DNA of 64,000 nt from Ramazzottius varieornatus (lineage: Eukaryota > Animalia > Tardigrada), in the NCBI GenBank assembly GCA_001949185.1, contig BDGG01000018.1:248001-312000 (forward strand), in the 5' to 3' direction. Below the pieces are notes generated by a model, which was not told where the DNA came from, searched no databases, and worked only from the letters and a program-made list of their open reading frames with translations. Positions 61,236 to 64,000 of the stretch are shown one piece after another (the first letter of the stretch is position 1; each line of letters starts with the position of its first letter). The position numbers were made by a program, and so were the translations under genes.

Positions 61236-63944
61236 TCACTGGCTTGCTTCTAAAGCTACGGTCAACATGTCTTTCATGAGGGGATAAATAGCGGCGTAAT
61301 GCGTCTCTCCTCGGTTCCTGACCAGCTGCGCGTAACTTTCCAAACTGTTTTGTATGACCAGCAATTTTTCCCGTTCCGACGGATGTTCGTCCAGGAAGCG
61401 CGAGTAGCGACTGACGGACCAGCCCGCTACTCTGTGCGGCGACTGCACCTCCATTGGAGCTCTCGAGAACAGATGACACAGTACCACGCTGTAGGGCACC
61501 ACAAGCCCCACACTGGGGTTCCCAACCATCTGTGCAGGTGACTGGAACAGCAACGGTCGAAATTCTTTCAGCACCTGTAACTCTTTCCCGTACTCGGAGG
61601 AATGCAAGTTCAGTGGCGCCAACGCCGCTTCCATCTGAGCAAAGTCCGCTGCGAGTTTCAACCGGCCCTGCTTGCCCACAGGTCGCAGTAGGCTGGTGTG
61701 GCGCACGAACAGCTCTAAACATCGTCGCGCGAAACGAGAGATGAAGCCCCGGAGGAAAGCGTTCCTGGGGTTGATTTGAGAAAGGAAGGTCTGCTGTGCT
61801 CGACTGAGGAACTGATGCAGTTCGCGCATGTACAGTGAACCAGTCGAGTCCAGTATCTCCATCGTCTCCACGTCAGCTTCATGCTGTCCCGCTGAGAAGT
61901 CTTCGTCATGCATAGTCAGTAAAATAGCTTCGACAGAATCAACTAAAGAAGCAATCAGCGGATTTAAAGCATTCGAAACAGGAATGTGGGAAGCTGAACT
62001 AATTTCGTCAGTTAAATTTTTGACGTCGGCCTTTTTATTCTGAATTTTAGTCTCGATTATTTTCAGAGTTTCTTCAGCGATTTTGACCGACAAGTTGACA
62101 ATTTTGAAATTGGTTTGCTGTTTGGAGGAGATGTTGCCGGTGACTTGTGTGGCTTCTCCGTCCGTCGCGATCAGCCCTTCCAGCTTCACAAAGGCTGTTC
62201 GCAGCGTCTTGCTCACATTCCTCAAGCAGAGAGAAGCTAAGACCTGATCGACACTACAGATCGAAATTTCCATCGTCACAGCTCTGTAAATTCCATTCAG
62301 GTCTTCGTCGGTCGGAAGGGCGCTGTTATCCGCGATAACTATGTTGACTGGATCGAGTAATCTAGACAAAGACCGAGAAACAAACAATTCTTCAAATGGT
62401 TTTATCGAACGCCGAAGCGAGTCGATATCGGAGTCTTCCAAGTACAGCGAAGTCGTCCTTATTCGGTTCGAGGTATCCTTCACAATCTTCAGCAGCTTCG
62501 GAAAGTCGTTCTCGAGAGTCTGTTGAGCGAACCCTGACTCTTTACCACACTTCTCCAGCCCGGACTTGATGGCGGATGAGACTCTTGCGATGAAGTCTTT
62601 GCTGATGCGGCCTTCGTCGATGTCTTTCGCGTCGAGTACGTACCGGTACAAGGAATGTTCTTCGTAGCGACGGACGTAGACGGATTCCATCAGCTCAATA
62701 CGCAGCTGGTTCTGGTAGACGGCGTCAAAGATAGAGCTGACTTTGGACCAGAAGACTGTACGGAGAGCTGGGGAGTTCTGGACAGAAGGAAGGGTGGTGC
62801 GACCCGGAAGCCGGGCGTTCTTGTTGGTGGTGGCGTTGGTGGTGGCATTGGTGTAGGGAATATCGCCTTGACTGATCAGTTGTTGAATGTCCAAACCTTC
62901 TTGAATGGAAGCCTGCGAGATAACAATGTAATGACCCAAAGCTTGACCGAATTTCGGTCGTTTGATACCAGTGGAAACTGCAACCGGAAATGAAAATTCG
63001 GAATGAAACTCGGAATGAGACTCGGAATGAAGACTTTTGATTGGTCCAATTTGTACAAGGTAAAACTTCGGTGCACCAACTCGCTCCGCCTTCCCGTGCA
63101 CTACCGTGTCACGCACAATTCGATTTATTTTTGCGAGCTAAAATAAAACTTCCGGTTGGGTTTCCACCCTGCAAAATGAACGGGTTTATCAGAAAATTAC
63201 CTCAATATTTCTGATGAAGAGCTCCGTGAGTCTGGTGGAGGCTTCTTCAGCCCTCCCGATGATCAGACAGGCGTCCAGAGCCTTGCCCGTCTCGACCATG
63301 TTCTGCTCGTTGATACTCCTTTCCAACTCGCGCACAATCATCGCTGGGAAATCCTTTACCGTCTTCGAAATGTACTTCAAATCTGCAGACAAGAATTCTA
63401 GCGAGCGTAACTCAGAGTCTTCACTAACAGGTTCCACATCCTGGATGATCATAGCTGCTCTGGCGTAGTCAAAGTTATTTTCCTCCAAACAGGCCCGTAA
63501 TCGCTTCGCAGTTTGGACGATGCGATTCGAGCTGCGCAGCAACTCTGCTGCCTTTCTCGACTTTTCAAACGCGTCCACCCGGTTGGAGAAGTTCTGGAAA
63601 GTCCCTCGAAGCTGGTCGAGTGTAGCTGAGCTTAAGGAAAGGAGCTGGGAAACGGAGACGTCCAGGTCGGTTAGCGCGACGTCCAGCACGTCGATGGCGC
63701 TGACGTTGGCAGTCAGCTGATCGTGATCGTCCAGTACCTGGTTCTTCAGGCTGGTGTCTAGCGCCAAGATGGACGCTTCGATAATAGCCAGGTTCTCGCC
63801 GAGAGAGAGGGAAGACTGTTGAACGACTTCACGGGAATAGTTTTGTGGAGCAAAGTCGGATCCGAGGAATGGTTGGATATTCTTCCGAATGTCCTCGGGC
63901 AGCTGCTCGTCGTTCAGCAGTAGATCTGTACTAGACGCTTCCAT
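61236..63944 (-). CDS. COG5: Conserved oligomeric Golgi complex subunit 5
   Basis: FLGSDFAPQNY, LDTSLKNQV..DHDQL, LRTVFW, SRSLSRLLDPVN, LFVRHTSLLRP..GRLKLAADFAQME, SPHRVAGWS..RYSRFLDEH. Confidence 0.93.
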
Positions 63945-64000
63945 GGTTGCAGCCCGCTGTTGTCCTCGTTGCCATGTACCTATAAAAACCGGGTTACAGG

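Noticed and set aside
1-64000. tRNA, rRNA or snRNA genes
   Set aside because: None recognised by eye; a covariance-model scan is needed to exclude them

Overview
Gene-dense eukaryotic (animal) genomic DNA with short spliceosomal introns, roughly balanced GC and one assembly gap. The compact introns and secreted group-3 LEA-like genes suggest a desiccation-tolerant invertebrate such as a tardigrade (inference only). Recognisable genes: SF3B5, BRD7/9, RRM2, GINS3/PSF3, PIGW, a GH31 glucosidase-like gene, two tandem secreted LEA-like genes, GDAP1, a small EPC/BRPF/JADE-like gene, IST1, SEC63, a divergent MRG-family gene and COG5. Transposons cluster at about 3.2-8.9, 18.8-26.8 and 52.8-56.3 kb. 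They comprise two decayed hAT elements, five hAT-type MITE copies, a 256-bp-TIR element that hosts one hAT, a CR1-group LINE and a Tc4/Tc5-like element in a CTNAG site; a mariner-type MITE lies in a GH31 intron. Most notable observations: (1) a dispersed, mostly intronic palindrome CAAGTGGCGCAC-N25-GTGCGCCACTTG whose spacer length is fixed although its sequence drifts; (2) an apparently intact GH31 that has lost all catalytic residues, next to the LEA pair; (3) a BRPF/JADE-like scaffold with no reader domains. All calls come from reading the sequence by eye; no searches were run.
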